Shown in pieces: positions 62,372-64,000 of a DNA stretch of 64,000 bases. A program made the position numbers and the translations under genes. Numbering within the stretch: position 1 is the first letter of the stretch; every line of letters begins with the position of its first letter. The stretch covers positions 102,114,001-102,178,000 of the forward strand of contig NC_135809.1 of the NCBI RefSeq assembly GCF_964213995.1, given 5' to 3'. Under the pieces are notes generated by a model. It made no database searches. It was given only the letters and a program-made list of their open reading frames with translations, and was not told the DNA's origin. This stretch comes from Mustelus asterias. Taxonomy: Eukaryota.

Positions 62372-64000
62372 AGGTTATACTATATTAATTGATCAAAGAC
62401 TGACTGCTACAGGTATTCTAATAATTATGAAGAAGTGATTGTAAACTAAATTAAACTGCAGGAAATTAAGTGAAACCATTACAAGTATCATATTAACTGG
62501 TGCTCAAGCCTATGAGTGAAACGGTTGTCAGTTCCGGACTTGCATAATCTAGGCTGTCACTTGGGGAGTGCGTTAAGATCACAGGGGTGGTCAGCGGAAA
62601 TGTTTCTAAGATACCCTGAAAGCCTTCTTGAAGAAGATAGGCTTTGACCTCAACAGCTGGGAAGAGCGTATACTGGACTGCTCATGATGATCACAGAATG
62701 ACCAACTAACCAATGACTGACTGCTGGTTTTGGTTTTCTTCGCCCCCTCTTAATGCTGTTTCTCCCTTCCTTACCCTTTTACTTTCCCTTTTCCATCTCC
62801 TTTACCTTGCATTGACTTCACCCCAATTTCCTACAGCCCCTCTCTCTCCCCTCCTGACTTTTTCTTTCTTTCGCCCTCTCTTTACTCGATGATTAGTGCA
62901 AGTGCACTCCTGTTACTTTACTATGGAGTGCTGCATTGCCAGAACTACTCTTAGGCAAATGCATTTGTTAATTGAGCTTATTTGCCTATTCCAGCCATTC
63001 AAATGGATGTAAAGGATTCCATCACATTGTTTGAAGAAGCACAGAACTGGCTAACTTTCCTCTGTACCTGAACTATTGATTCATCTCGTTGCTGTTTGTG
63101 GGCTTTTGCTGTGTATAAATTTCTAACATATTTATCCTGATAATCGACAACAGTTCTAAAAGGGTAATTCATTGGGTCTGAGAATTTGGAAGCTTTGAGA
63201 GATGTGATGAGTTACTTTTCTGCCTTTTTTCTTCGTTCTGGAGGAGGTTAAAGAGTTAAGTTGAGGAAAAAAGCCATGGAAGGATTAGAAAACAAATAGA
63301 AGTATAGAGGTGTTATGGGCCAAGAACCATACATTGGTCTACATAATCAGCAAGCATGAGTGATAAGCGAACGGAACTTGGTATTAGTTAGGATACAAGC
63401 AACAGAGTTTTGGACGAGCTTAGATTTAGGGAGGGTGTAAAGTAGGAGGGAGGGTGTAAAGTAGGAGGCAGGCCAGGAGACTATTGAAGTAGTCAAGTTT
63501 GAAGATAACGATAGCATGAATGAGGATTTCAGCAGATGATGACTTGAGCAAGGCAGGGGTGGATATGAACAAGTTTATATAAGTGAGGTGGTAATAGGAG
63601 AAAATATGGGGTTGGATGATTAATTTGGTCAAACAGGATGCCAAGTTTGCAAATGATCTGTATCTCAACAAGTGACCAGGGAAAGGGGTGGAATTGGCGG
63701 TGACTAGGGAATGAGTTTGTGCAAGGTATTACTATATTATTTGAACAAGAAAGACTGATTGCCACAGGCAATCTAATATTAATGACGAAGCTGTGATTTT
63801 AAACTAAATTAAACTGGGAAATTAAGTGAAACTGTTAAATGTATTATATTAACCTCAGAGTGAAAAGGTTGTAGGTTCAGGGCTTACATAATCTAAGCTG
63901 TCTTTGGGGTGTATGTTAGGATCACAGCGTGTTCAGCGAAAACATTCTAAGAAAGCCTACTTGAAGGAGGTAGGCTTTGACTTCAACAGCTGAGAAGAGA
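62372..64000. repeat. Diverged direct repeat (about 62372-62667 and 63724-64000, offset about 1358 bp) including an RTE-like 3' remnant
   Basis: taaactaaattaaactg...gctttgac(c/t)tcaacagctg occurs twice; DTLKAFLKKIGFDLNSWEE resembles an RTE ORF2 end. Confidence 0.7.

Overview
Eukaryotic, repeat-rich vertebrate DNA, almost certainly from a shark (HE1/V-SINE-type SINEs, DeuSINE-like relics, CR1, L2, Rex1/Babar and Penelope-like elements). The minus strand carries coding exons 1-19 of importin-7 (IPO7, 48950 down to 5023). These give 2172 nt, or 724 in-frame codons, with all introns GT-AG; exon 20 onward lies left of the window. The IPO7 CpG-island promoter has a TCT/5'TOP-like start, a short uORF and a ZNF143/THAP11 motif. 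About 8 kb away, head-to-head on the plus strand, is a probable first coding exon of TMEM41B (57426-57540). The most notable non-genic signal is a family of non-coding ~200-nt Penelope-like units carrying a minimal type I hammerhead-ribozyme motif (CUGAnGA-A-stem II-GAAA-GC-UH). They occur as inverted or tandem arrays, several with 12-14-bp target-site duplications, clustered around the two promoters, and resemble retrozymes. Other oddities are a tRNA-Ala(AGC) copy split by a SINE tail, a 151-bp templated insertion inside a CR1 and a hairpin micro-inversion within an inverted LTR-like pair. All calls were made by eye; gene and family names and human comparisons come from recalled sequence knowledge, not database searches.
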